From positions 40,123 to 104,122 of the forward strand of contig JAULUM010000018.1 of assembly GCA_032111565.1 (NCBI GenBank): DNA of 64,000 bases, read 5' to 3'. Each line of letters begins with the position of its first letter. Within the stretch, counting starts at the first letter, position 1. This document shows, piece after piece, positions 32,674-41,795 of this stretch. This DNA is from Rhodoluna sp. (lineage in GTDB: Bacteria > Actinomycetota > Actinomycetes > Actinomycetales > Microbacteriaceae). The notes beneath the pieces were generated by a model, which was not told where the DNA came from, did not search any database, and was given only the letters and a program-made list of their open reading frames with translations. The position numbers were made by a program, and so were the translations under genes.

Positions 32674-35433
32674 ATGAAGACAAATTCTAAATTCGTTTCA
32701 CTATTTGCATCGTCACTTCTATTAGTTGCTTTGGCTGTATCCCCACACAGTGCAACAGCATCTATTACATTCGCAGCTCCAGGAGCTCCGCAGAATGTCA
32801 CCGTTGTCCCTGCTGAAGGAGGCTTCACCGTAACTTGGTCAGCCCCTGCAAGCGATGGCAACTCCTCTATTTCAAGATATGTCGTTAGCGGTGGGTTGGG
32901 TACCTGTACAACTGCTGTCGATGGAAACCAAAAGAGTGCATTCGTTCCAGCTATTGGAACAAGTGCGGCTGCCTTCAAAGTATTCGCAGTTAACTCAATT
33001 GGCTTTGGAGTAGGCTCAGCTGCCTCATCTTCAGTTGAGCCAGGAGCCGCAAAAGTCGGATTCTTTGGAATTGATAACAGAGGGTTCAGCCGTAACCTAG
33101 GCTCAACAACTGGTCAGTTCAACAGAATTCAGCCCAGCGCATCTGCTTACTTCGGTTCTGTAGCAACTCCATCAGGCAATGGTGCCTGGTTGCTAGCTCC
33201 GAGAAACAGAGTTGTGGCTCTTGGTGATGCAACAATCACTGCAGCTCCGCTTGACACACTAACTGTTGCAATCGTTCCTTCATACAACGGTAAGGGTTAC
33301 TACCTAATTGGTTCTAAGGGTGAAGTATCTGCATCTGCAGGTGCGACAGCAATTGAAACAACTGGCACAGTAACTAACTCAAGAGTTATCGGTGCTGCTG
33401 CTACTGCCTCAGGTAAGGGTATGTGGTTCGTTACTACTACAGGCACTGTCATTGGTGTTGGTGGAGCCGCTAGCGGCAAACTTCCTAAGGGTAACTACAA
33501 CAAGGTTGTTGCTCGTGGATCTGGTGAAGGCTTCTGGGCGATTACTACCTCGGGAAGCGTTGCTTCTTTCGGTGATGCGCCAATCATTCCTCAGTCAATC
33601 GGACGTGTGAAGGATGCGACTCTAGCTTCTAACGGTAAGGGTTTCTACGCACTTGAAGTTGATGGAACTATCACTGCAGTTGGAGATATTCCAGCTCTTA
33701 CTCCTGGTGCAGGTTCACGACCACTTGTTGCATTGGTAAACACAGCGCCGATTCGCGACGTCAAAGAACTACAGATCAACTCTTTCTCTGACTTCCACGG
33801 TGCCCTAGATTACTCCAAGACAACTTCTGCAGGTGTTGACACCTACACAAGCGGTGCATCGGTCATGGCTGCGAACTTCGCAGCAGACCGAGCAAAGCTG
33901 CCAGCAACATTCGTAGTTTCTAGCGGTGACAACTTTGGTGCTTCACCTCCACTTTCAACAGTGTTTGATGAAATTCCAACCGTCAAGGGCATGAACTTCA
34001 TGGGTGTTGACGTAACCACTTTTGGTAACCACGAACACGACAAGCCACTGAGCACACTCAACGAGCAGATTGCAGCTTCGGACTTCAAGTGGGTAGTTTC
34101 AAACTACTCAAGCTTGACTCAACTAGATGGAGCAAACACCAAGGGTCAGAAGACTGCACCTTGGACAATTGTTAACCGTGGTGGAGTGAACCTGGGTGTT
34201 ATCGGTTTGAACACTCCAGAGACAGCTGAAGTCGTCTTCCCAGGCAACTTAGGCAACATCACAATCGGTGACATTCTTGGCTCAAGCCCAGTAACAAAGA
34301 ACCAGGTTCTAGCTGCTATCAAAGCTGCACGAGATGCTGGTGCTGACATGGTTGTCTCTCTTGTTCACGAGGGTTACGCAACTAACAACGCAGAATCTGG
34401 TGTAGCGGAGGGTCGTCTTCTAGACATAGCTCCATTGCTAGATGGTTCTGATCTTGTTCTAGGCGGTCACAGCCACCTTAGATTCGCAAGCGTTGTTGGC
34501 AAGAAGACTGTTGCACAGGTTCCAAACGCTGGAACTCTTTACAACAGAATTCACGCTTGTGTTGACACTGCACGCAAGATGACAATGGGGACCCTTGTTG
34601 AGCCAGTCGTTCCTCGTGTAACTGCAGTTGCAGGTACGGCTCTTGCAAGCACAACTTTGAACCAGCCAGCAATTGCAATGCTTGATGGTTACAAGGCTCA
34701 ACTTGGTGCTGCATACAACGTAGTCATCGGTCAGATTGCTGATGTTGCTCCTAACGGTGGTACTCCAGCAATTCAGCGCAGCGTTGAAACAGGTCTAGGT
34801 AACTATGTTGCTGATGCCCTAAGAAGTGCTATGGGAACTCAGATTGCGATTACTAACGGTGGTGGCCTTCGAGACATGCTGCCAGCGAAGACATTCGTTC
34901 CTAGCGACACATCGATTATCCGTCCAAGCTGGACAAGCATCCAACCAGGATTTACTGTGGGTGCGACACCTTGGAAAGTAACTAGCACTGGACCTTACAC
35001 ACTCACCGTCGGTGACGTTGCAACAGTTCTTCCTTTTGGAAACGTTGCTGCAACAACTACCATCACCGGTGCTGATGTCTGGGCTGCTCTAGAGAACGGT
35101 GTCTCTCAGGCTACAACCGGTGGAGGCCGTTTCCCTCAGGTATCTGGATTGAAGTTCACCTTCGATACCTCGATAGCTGCAATGAGCGGACGCGTTACAG
35201 CAGTGACACTAACTGATGGAACTCCAGTTCCAAACGACAGAACAGTGTCATACACCCTCGCTACCAACGACTTCATGGTTGCTGGTGGAGATGGATACAC
35301 CATGTTTGGTGGCCTAGCTAAGGCAAAGACTCGTGATGTTCTCGAGACTATTGTCCGCCAGGCAATCATCAGAGACAGTGTCAATGGCCCTGTTCAGATG
35401 AACACCGACGGTCGAATCACTCGAATCGGCTAA
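32674..35433 (+). CDS. Secreted 5'-nucleotidase (UshA/CpdB-like) with N-terminal Fn3 and propeller-like repeats
   Basis: Signal peptide; DFHG, GDNFG, GNHEHD, GGHSH metallophosphoesterase motifs; NGGGLR, LPFGN, FPQVSG, GGDGY C-domain. Confidence 0.88.
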   Translation: MKTNSKFVSLFASSLLLVALAVSPHSATASITFAAPGAPQNVTVVPAEGGFTVTWSAPASDGNSSISRYVVSGGLGTCTTAVDGNQKSAFVPAIGTSAAAFKVFAVNSIGFGVGSAASSSVEPGAAKVGFFGIDNRGFSRNLGSTTGQFNRIQPSASAYFGSVATPSGNGAWLLAPRNRVVALGDATITAAPLDTLTVAIVPSYNGKGYYLIGSKGEVSASAGATAIETTGTVTNSRVIGAAATASGKGMWFVTTTGTVIGVGGAASGKLPKGNYNKVVARGSGEGFWAITTSGSVASFGDAPIIPQSIGRVKDATLASNGKGFYALEVDGTITAVGDIPALTPGAGSRPLVALVNTAPIRDVKELQINSFSDFHGALDYSKTTSAGVDTYTSGASVMAANFAADRAKLPATFVVSSGDNFGASPPLSTVFDEIPTVKGMNFMGVDVTTFGNHEHDKPLSTLNEQIAASDFKWVVSNYSSLTQLDGANTKGQKTAPWTIVNRGGVNLGVIGLNTPETAEVVFPGNLGNITIGDILGSSPVTKNQVLAAIKAARDAGADMVVSLVHEGYATNNAESGVAEGRLLDIAPLLDGSDLVLGGHSHLRFASVVGKKTVAQVPNAGTLYNRIHACVDTARKMTMGTLVEPVVPRVTAVAGTALASTTLNQPAIAMLDGYKAQLGAAYNVVIGQIADVAPNGGTPAIQRSVETGLGNYVADALRSAMGTQIAITNGGGLRDMLPAKTFVPSDTSIIRPSWTSIQPGFTVGATPWKVTSTGPYTLTVGDVATVLPFGNVAATTTITGADVWAALENGVSQATTGGGRFPQVSGLKFTFDTSIAAMSGRVTAVTLTDGTPVPNDRTVSYTLATNDFMVAGGDGYTMFGGLAKAKTRDVLETIVRQAIIRDSVNGPVQMNTDGRITRIG

Positions 35434-35445
35434 TAAGTCACAGTC

Positions 35446-35481
35446 GAGTTTGGGGTGGCCTTTTTAGGTCACCCCAAACTC
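35446..35481 (+). terminator. Terminator hairpin
   Basis: GAGTTTGGGGTGGCC...GGTCACCCCAAACTC. Confidence 0.75.
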
Positions 35482-35516
35482 ATTTAACCCGGAGATTGAA
35501 TTGGTAGCCTTGAGGA

Positions 35517-36245
35517 ATGATCAAGTCAGAAGATTTCAGTGAGTTCCTATCTAGTCGCAGGACAACACGCTCCTTCAAATCAGATCCAGTGGATGCAAGC
35601 ATCATCAATGAGCTAATCGAAGATGGTCTTACTGCTCCTAGCTGGAGCAACACTAGACCTTTCATGGTTGCAGTTGCATCGGGCGAAGTTAGAGATCGAA
35701 TTTCTCAAGACATGCTCGAGCGTTGGAGTGTTGGCTCAGGCATGACCAGTGGCAGTTTGAGGGATAAAATCAAGTTCTTGCTAACACCTAAGGCATGGCC
35801 ACTAAGTGATTACCCAATCATGAAGCCATACCCTAAATCACTTCAGCCAAGAGCTCGTCGCGTTGGTAAAGAACTTTACGGTCTTCTTGGAGTTGCCAGA
35901 GGAGATAAGAAAGCTAGAGATGCTCAATGGGCTAAGAACTATGAGTTCTTCAATGCTCCAGTTGAGATCTTTGTTTTTATTCACAAAGGCCTATCTGTGT
36001 TCGCTGCAAACGATGCTGGGCTCTTCGCAGAAAATCTAATGCTCAGCGCTCACGCCAAGGGCTTGGGTGCTTGTGCTCAAGGAGCTGTAGCTATCTGGCC
36101 TAAAGCTGTCCACAGAGAATTCAACATCCCGGAAGGGTACAAGCTGATCTATGGTATTGCTATCGGTTACCCAGATGATGCTGCGGTCAACACATTCAAA
36201 GCCAACCGCATTGGTGCCGAAGAGATCACTATCCCTAAGAAATAG
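35517..36245 (+). CDS. Nitroreductase family protein
   Basis: SRRTTRSF, APSWSNTRPF, AHAKGLGAC, IAIGYP. Confidence 0.88.
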   Translation: MIKSEDFSEFLSSRRTTRSFKSDPVDASIINELIEDGLTAPSWSNTRPFMVAVASGEVRDRISQDMLERWSVGSGMTSGSLRDKIKFLLTPKAWPLSDYPIMKPYPKSLQPRARRVGKELYGLLGVARGDKKARDAQWAKNYEFFNAPVEIFVFIHKGLSVFAANDAGLFAENLMLSAHAKGLGACAQGAVAIWPKAVHREFNIPEGYKLIYGIAIGYPDDAAVNTFKANRIGAEEITIPKK

Positions 36246-36302
36246 GCATTAGGTGACGATTTCGTGACCTAATAAAAAATGTGTTTGTTTGGGTAGGGTT
36301 TT

Positions 36303-37856
36303 GTGCTTTACTCACTTATGGACCTAATACTAAAAAGCGGAACAGATTTCGCAAGCACCTTCGAGCGTGCCAAGCAAGCGGCCCCTGAAGCATTTGATTC
36401 AGCTTCCATCAGAAACCTAATTGGTGGTGAATGGGTATCCATTGGTGTCCAACAACCTCACATGACACCGATAGATCAGAGTTTCATTATTGGTCCAACC
36501 ATGCTCTCTCTTTCTCAAGCTCAAGATGCAGTTGATAAGGCGTCAAAGATGCATGTTGATTGGTCGAAGACTCCCCTTGATGAGAGAAAAACCAAAGTCG
36601 CCAAAGCTCTGGAACTTATCAAAGCGCAAAGAGATTTAATTGCTCTATTACTACTCTGGGAAATCGGTAAGCCATGGAAGTTAGCTTGTGCCGATGTTGA
36701 TAGATGTATTGAAGGTGTCGAATGGTACCTAGAAGAAATAGATCGACAGATGATTGGTCGAACACCACTTACTGGACCTATTTCGAACATCGCCAGTTGG
36801 AACTATCCACTATCTGTTTTAGTTCATGCTGAACTAGTTCAACTACTTGCTGGAAACGCTGTTATTGCTAAGACTCCTACTCAAGGAGGATTCCATGCCC
36901 TAACTCTTGCTCACGCGATGATGGCTAGAGCTGGTTTGCCTGTAACACTTATTTCAGGATCAGGAGCGGAACTTGCTCCTGCTCTGGTTAGTTCATCTGA
37001 CCTTGGTGCTCTTGCGTTTGTTGGTGGAAGAAACAACGGTAGAGCTGCAGCAACTTCACTTACTTCTTTAGCTACTAGACACATTCTTGAGCAAGAGGGT
37101 TTGAACTCATGGGGTGTTTGGGGCAAACCAAACTGGAGTGAACTAGCTGCACATCTAACTAAAGGTTTTGAATACGCTAAGCAGCGTTGCACTGCTTACC
37201 CTCGCTATGTTGTTCAAAGAAATCTTTTCCCTGAATTTCTAGAAATGTATTTGGATGTAGTCAAAGGTCTAAAGTTTGGACACCCACTAGCTGTTGCTAA
37301 CCCAGACGATGATTTCCCTGAATTGCACTTCGGTCCAGTTATCTCATCTAAGAAGGTTGCTGAGTTAGAGCGTTCATTCGATGAGGCTGTTCTTCGAGGC
37401 GCCGTACCTTTATATGTAGGTAGCCTCGATGATGGCACCTTTATAAAGGGTCAAGATAGATCTGCCTACATCGCCCCTCATACAGTCCTAGGACCACCAA
37501 CAACCTGGTCTATTCACCACAGTGAACCTTTTGGGCCTTTGGATTCAATAGTGCTAGCTGAATCGGAGGCTGAGCTTATTGCAGCCATGAACGTATCTAA
37601 TGGAAACCTTGTTAGTTCCCTAGCTACCGATGACCTGGCTCTAGCTGAAAGGGTGAAAGAGGAATCTCAAGCCTTCAAGTTTGGAATCAATAAGCCTCGC
37701 TCCAGGGGTGATAAGGCTGAAACCTTTGGTGGCCGAGGGGCTAGCTGGAGGGGCTGCTTTGTTGGAGGGGATCTCCTGGTTCAGTCTGTTACTGAAGGAG
37801 AAGGCTTCCTATTTGGTAACTTCGCGGATGGCTCAAGGTACCCTGCCGACGCCTAA
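36303..37856 (+). CDS. Aldehyde dehydrogenase family protein
   Basis: SWNYP, GNAVIAK, catalytic QRCTA, EPFGP; start may be ATG 36318. Confidence 0.88.
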   Translation: MLYSLMDLILKSGTDFASTFERAKQAAPEAFDSASIRNLIGGEWVSIGVQQPHMTPIDQSFIIGPTMLSLSQAQDAVDKASKMHVDWSKTPLDERKTKVAKALELIKAQRDLIALLLLWEIGKPWKLACADVDRCIEGVEWYLEEIDRQMIGRTPLTGPISNIASWNYPLSVLVHAELVQLLAGNAVIAKTPTQGGFHALTLAHAMMARAGLPVTLISGSGAELAPALVSSSDLGALAFVGGRNNGRAAATSLTSLATRHILEQEGLNSWGVWGKPNWSELAAHLTKGFEYAKQRCTAYPRYVVQRNLFPEFLEMYLDVVKGLKFGHPLAVANPDDDFPELHFGPVISSKKVAELERSFDEAVLRGAVPLYVGSLDDGTFIKGQDRSAYIAPHTVLGPPTTWSIHHSEPFGPLDSIVLAESEAELIAAMNVSNGNLVSSLATDDLALAERVKEESQAFKFGINKPRSRGDKAETFGGRGASWRGCFVGGDLLVQSVTEGEGFLFGNFADGSRYPADA

Positions 37857-37887
37857 AGATAAAGATTAGATAACGCAAAAGGCCAAT

Positions 37888-37909
37888 TTCGTGAAACCGC
37901 TTTCGCGAA
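37888..37909. promoter_or_regulatory. LacI-family-like operator
   Basis: TTCGTGAAACCGCTTTCGCGAA imperfect palindrome (TGAAA-N-CG-N-TTTC core). Confidence 0.45.
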
Positions 37910-38013
37910 GAAGAATACGCCTTTAACATTTAGTTAGATGTGTGTGCGCACATTCAATCAAGTATCGCCAATTCCTTGTATTTGGCTTTTCTAAATAGTA
38001 ACGAAAGGCACTC

Positions 38014-41000
38014 ATGTTCCTAAAGTCATCTTCCCTTCGCAAAGTAACAGGCCGTATCGCCTTGGTTATTGCAACGGGTTCACTCCTTGCAACAGGTGTT
38101 GTGGTTCCAGCTCAGGCTGCTCCTGCTACAGCACTTTTTCTAAACTTTGAAGCAGCTGATCCGCTAAAGGCCGGCACAAACATCGGTGCTAACGGTGCCT
38201 TCGAAGGTGGCGCAACTGAGGTCAAGGCGTCTACTCGACTAACCGGAAACTCACTTCACTTCACAAAGAATGGTCAGCCATGGTCTGGTGCGAACCTTTT
38301 GCTTCCTACATCCACCCCGTACCGTTTGGCTGATGCTTCTAAGAAGATCATTACTCTGGATTACTGGTCAAATGACACAGTTCCTAGTCCTGTGATGCTA
38401 AAGCTAGAACTAGCTAATTCTGGTTCTGCAGTGAAAACCCTAGAGGCTCAGCCTGGTCTCAACAGATTGTCATTCGACATGTCAACTGGTACAGGTTGGA
38501 ACGCCAACATTGAATACAGAATTCTTGCTATTTTCCCTAACTTCGGTGCAGACGACAGAACATATACAGGTGCAGCAAAGATTGCTAACTCTGGTCAGGT
38601 TTATGAAATTGACAACGTTTCAATCAACGGAGGAACAGCCTCAGATTTGTACGTTGCTGACGGTGGCGGTGGGAACCCAACTGAGCCAACCGCAACAAGC
38701 ACTGTTGTGACTTTTGAGTCAGCGGACACTTTAGGTGCAAAGGTGGTCGGCGATGCCACCCCTGAGAAGACCGAAGGTGCATTCGGTAGATCAGTTAGCA
38801 CTATTGAGGATTCTCCTGCGGGTGGAACCGGTGGTAAGGCTCTGAAGGTTGTAAAGGCTGTTGGGGCTGAAGTTTGGGCTGGTGTAACCATTCTGAACTT
38901 GCCTTCATCTGCTCGAATCACCAATAGCACTCACAAGAGCATCACATTCAACTACTTCTCGCCTAAGGCAGATTCGCCTACTCGTGTAGAACTAGTTCCT
39001 TACCCACGTGCACTTGGTAAGACTGTGACTGTTCCGCAAGGATGGTCCAGAGTGACTGTTGACTTCGGCGACGTTCAAGGCTGGTCAGGAAGTGAGAGCT
39101 ACGTTTCTCTAGCGATCTTCCCTGACTTCAACGTTTCTCCAGGCAACGTAGCACAGTCATACTACATCGATGACATCGCAATCAACGGTGGAACAACTCC
39201 AGCTCTCCCAGGTTCAGGTGGAGGTGACGGTCCATCTGCAACAAACACCGTGATCACATTTGAATCTTCAGATGTTCTAGGAGCAAAGGTTCCAGGTGAT
39301 TCAAGCCCTGAAAAGCCTGAAGGTAGCTTCGCTGGAGCAACCACTTCAATCGAAAATGCTCAAGCCGGCGGTAACGGCGGTAAAGCTCTAAAGATTGTAA
39401 AAAATGTTGGTGCAGAAGTTTATGCGGGTGCAACCATTTTGAGCCTGCCTGAAACTCAGCGAATTACTAATGGAACATTTAAGACCATTACATTCAACTA
39501 CTACTCACCAAAGGCCAACTCACCTACTCGCGTGGAACTAGTTCCATACCCACGTGCTCTAGGAAAGACAGTTACAGTTCCACAGGGATGGTCAAGAGTT
39601 ACTGTTGATTTCACTGATGTTCCTACTTGGTCAGCGACTGAGAACTATGTTTCTCTAGCAATCTTCCCTGACTTCAACGTACCTGCAGGTGATGTTGCTC
39701 AGGCCTACTTCGTAGATGACATTGGAATCAACGGTGGTGTTACCCCGAGTATCACAGTGCCAGTTGAACCTAGAGCTGCTACCAGCACTCTGCTTACCTT
39801 CGAAACAGGCGACACACTTGGCGCGAAGGTTGCAGGAGATGCAAGCAACGCCAAGGTTGAAGGTGGATTCGAAGGTGCAAGCACCTCTATCGCTGCTGCC
39901 CCATCAGGTGGTAACGGTGGTAACGCGCTAAAGATCGTCAAGAATGTTGGTGGCCAGATTTACGCTGGTGCGACTCTTGTGAAGTTCACTTCAGCAACAC
40001 GTGTTACCAATGGCACTCACAAGACAATCACGTTCAACTACTATTCACCTAAGGCAAACTCACCGACACGTATTGAACTAGTTCCATACCCACGTGCACT
40101 TGGTGTTACCGTGAACGCTCCGCTTGGTTGGTCAACAATCACTGTGGACTTCACTGGTGTAGCAGGTTGGTCAGCCAGCGAAGAGTACGACTCAGTAACC
40201 TTCTTCCCTGACTTTAACCAGTCACCTGGAGATGTTGCTCAGACCTACTTCTTGGATAACCTAGCCTTCAACGGTGCCGTTACTCCAGAGATCCCTGCTG
40301 AGCCAGTAGTTCGTAGCGCTACACCAACACTTCTAACATTTGAGTCTTCAGATGTTCTAGGTGCGAAGGTTATTGGAGATTCATCTCTTCAGAAGCCTGA
40401 AGGTGGTTTTGAAGGTGCAAGTACTTCCATCACTGCAGCTCCTGCTGGAGGTAACGGAGGAAACGCTCTTCGTATCGTGAAGAATGTTGGTGCTGAAGCC
40501 TACGCTGGTGCAAACATAATTCGTTTCGGTGATGACAAGAGAGTTACTAACGGAACTCACAAGAGAGTGACATTCAACTACTTCTCTCCTAAGGCAAACT
40601 CACCAGTACGCGTTGAACTTAGAGCATTCCCAGACGCTCTTGGTGTGAACGTAATTGCTCCACTAGGTTGGTCAACAATTGTTGCTGACTTCAACGGAGT
40701 TTCTGGTTGGTCTGCTGATGATGAGTACGTATCAGTTGCAGTCTTCCCGGACTACAACGAACTACCAGGTGATGTTGCTCTGGCTTACTTCGTGGACAAC
40801 TTAGCAATCAATGGAGCAGTAACTCCGGCAATTCCAGCGCCTAGAGTAAAGCCTTCTGTAAAAACTGCTGCAACTGTTTCTGGTTCTTCTGTAAGAGTTA
40901 ATGGGACACTAACTGCAGGCAAGGGTACATGGAATGGAACTCCGACAATCACTTACACATACAAGTGGTTCCGTTGCTCAGTTTCATCTTCTAAGACCGC

Positions 41001-41178
41001 AACTACTGCTCCAACCTCATCAGCTAAGTGTGCAACTATTTCAGGAGCAACCAAGTCAACATACAAGTTGACTAGAACTGATGTTGGTAAGTTCATCCGT
41101 GTTCTTGTCACAGCTAAGAACGCAGCTGGATCAACACTTTCTCTAAGTAAGACCACCTCTAAAAAGGTAGTCCGATAA
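38014..41178 (+). CDS. Secreted protein with five tandem CBM-like (jelly-roll) modules and a C-terminal Ig-like domain
   Basis: Signal peptide (AQA); ~180-aa repeats TFE...ALKIVK...ITFNYYSP...GWS..TVDF...FPDFN...DNIAING; basic C-terminal domain GTW..YTYKW..ISGAT..TYKL..DVGK. Confidence 0.7.
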   Translation: MFLKSSSLRKVTGRIALVIATGSLLATGVVVPAQAAPATALFLNFEAADPLKAGTNIGANGAFEGGATEVKASTRLTGNSLHFTKNGQPWSGANLLLPTSTPYRLADASKKIITLDYWSNDTVPSPVMLKLELANSGSAVKTLEAQPGLNRLSFDMSTGTGWNANIEYRILAIFPNFGADDRTYTGAAKIANSGQVYEIDNVSINGGTASDLYVADGGGGNPTEPTATSTVVTFESADTLGAKVVGDATPEKTEGAFGRSVSTIEDSPAGGTGGKALKVVKAVGAEVWAGVTILNLPSSARITNSTHKSITFNYFSPKADSPTRVELVPYPRALGKTVTVPQGWSRVTVDFGDVQGWSGSESYVSLAIFPDFNVSPGNVAQSYYIDDIAINGGTTPALPGSGGGDGPSATNTVITFESSDVLGAKVPGDSSPEKPEGSFAGATTSIENAQAGGNGGKALKIVKNVGAEVYAGATILSLPETQRITNGTFKTITFNYYSPKANSPTRVELVPYPRALGKTVTVPQGWSRVTVDFTDVPTWSATENYVSLAIFPDFNVPAGDVAQAYFVDDIGINGGVTPSITVPVEPRAATSTLLTFETGDTLGAKVAGDASNAKVEGGFEGASTSIAAAPSGGNGGNALKIVKNVGGQIYAGATLVKFTSATRVTNGTHKTITFNYYSPKANSPTRIELVPYPRALGVTVNAPLGWSTITVDFTGVAGWSASEEYDSVTFFPDFNQSPGDVAQTYFLDNLAFNGAVTPEIPAEPVVRSATPTLLTFESSDVLGAKVIGDSSLQKPEGGFEGASTSITAAPAGGNGGNALRIVKNVGAEAYAGANIIRFGDDKRVTNGTHKRVTFNYFSPKANSPVRVELRAFPDALGVNVIAPLGWSTIVADFNGVSGWSADDEYVSVAVFPDYNELPGDVALAYFVDNLAINGAVTPAIPAPRVKPSVKTAATVSGSSVRVNGTLTAGKGTWNGTPTITYTYKWFRCSVSSSKTATTAPTSSAKCATISGATKSTYKLTRTDVGKFIRVLVTAKNAAGSTLSLSKTTSKKVVR
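38690..40840 (+). repeat. Four highly similar ~540-bp coding repeats (a fifth, diverged copy lies upstream)
   Basis: Recurring TTCAACTAC...CCTAAGGC and GAACTAGTTCCATACCCACGTGC at ~540-nt spacing. Confidence 0.85.
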
Positions 41179-41194
41179 CAAGAGAAAAAAGATT

Positions 41195-41228
41195 GTGGCC
41201 CTTGGGAAACCAGGGGCCACTTTTCTTT
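41195..41228. terminator. Bidirectional terminator
   Basis: GTGGCCCTTGG-GAAA-CCAGGGGCCAC followed by a T-tract, between convergent genes. Confidence 0.8.
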
Positions 41229-41235
41229 AAGAAGT

Positions 41236-41643
41236 TTATTTCTTGGCCCTCAAATTCTTAAGCCAAGCAAAAGACCCAGTTGAAGTTAGAGCCCAGATAA
41301 CTAGAAGTGGCTGGAAGAAGAGCCTGGTGAATCTTGCTTCATCGGTATTCAATCCAAACGCGTCCGTTTGAGTGAGCCACTGCGAAATGTTGCCAGGGAA
41401 AATAGCTACAAAGAACAGGGCAGTTACTGTTCCTGCGATCGGCGCTCTGAATCCACTGATTAGCCACAAGCCGAGAACTATCTCAACTACCCCACTGGCT
41501 AGAACAACAAAATCAGGATCCAGCGGAAGCCAAGTTGGCACTTGCGCTCTGAATGTTTCTCTCGCAGCACCGAGGTGGGAAATTCCTGCACCTGTAAGTG
41601 CTGCACCAAGTGCTAAGCGAGCTACTGTCTTGATTAGTTTCAT
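41236..41643 (-). CDS. DoxX-like membrane protein
   Basis: AGISH, FRAQVP, SGVVEI, IFPGN, RLFFQP. Confidence 0.75.
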   Translation of the reverse strand: MKLIKTVARLALGAALTGAGISHLGAARETFRAQVPTWLPLDPDFVVLASGVVEIVLGLWLISGFRAPIAGTVTALFFVAIFPGNISQWLTQTDAFGLNTDEARFTRLFFQPLLVIWALTSTGSFAWLKNLRAKK

Positions 41644-41795
41644 AAGGATTTGAGTCTACTTTTCATTCTCGGGCTCCCAAATACTGTGTTCTTGGGTTTT
41701 GTTGATGCCGCGCAGACTAGGAGTTGGCAGGGCTAAAATTAGAGCAGGTCAAATTCCTTGGCCTTTTCCTGTAATCAAAGTTCGGAGGGTTAGTC

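Noticed and set aside
38690-40840. Long direct repeats as a possible CRISPR array or DGR template/variable repeats
   Set aside because: They are in-frame ~540-bp domain repeats with largely synonymous differences, no spacers, no adenine-specific pattern seen, and no cas or reverse transcriptase in the window.
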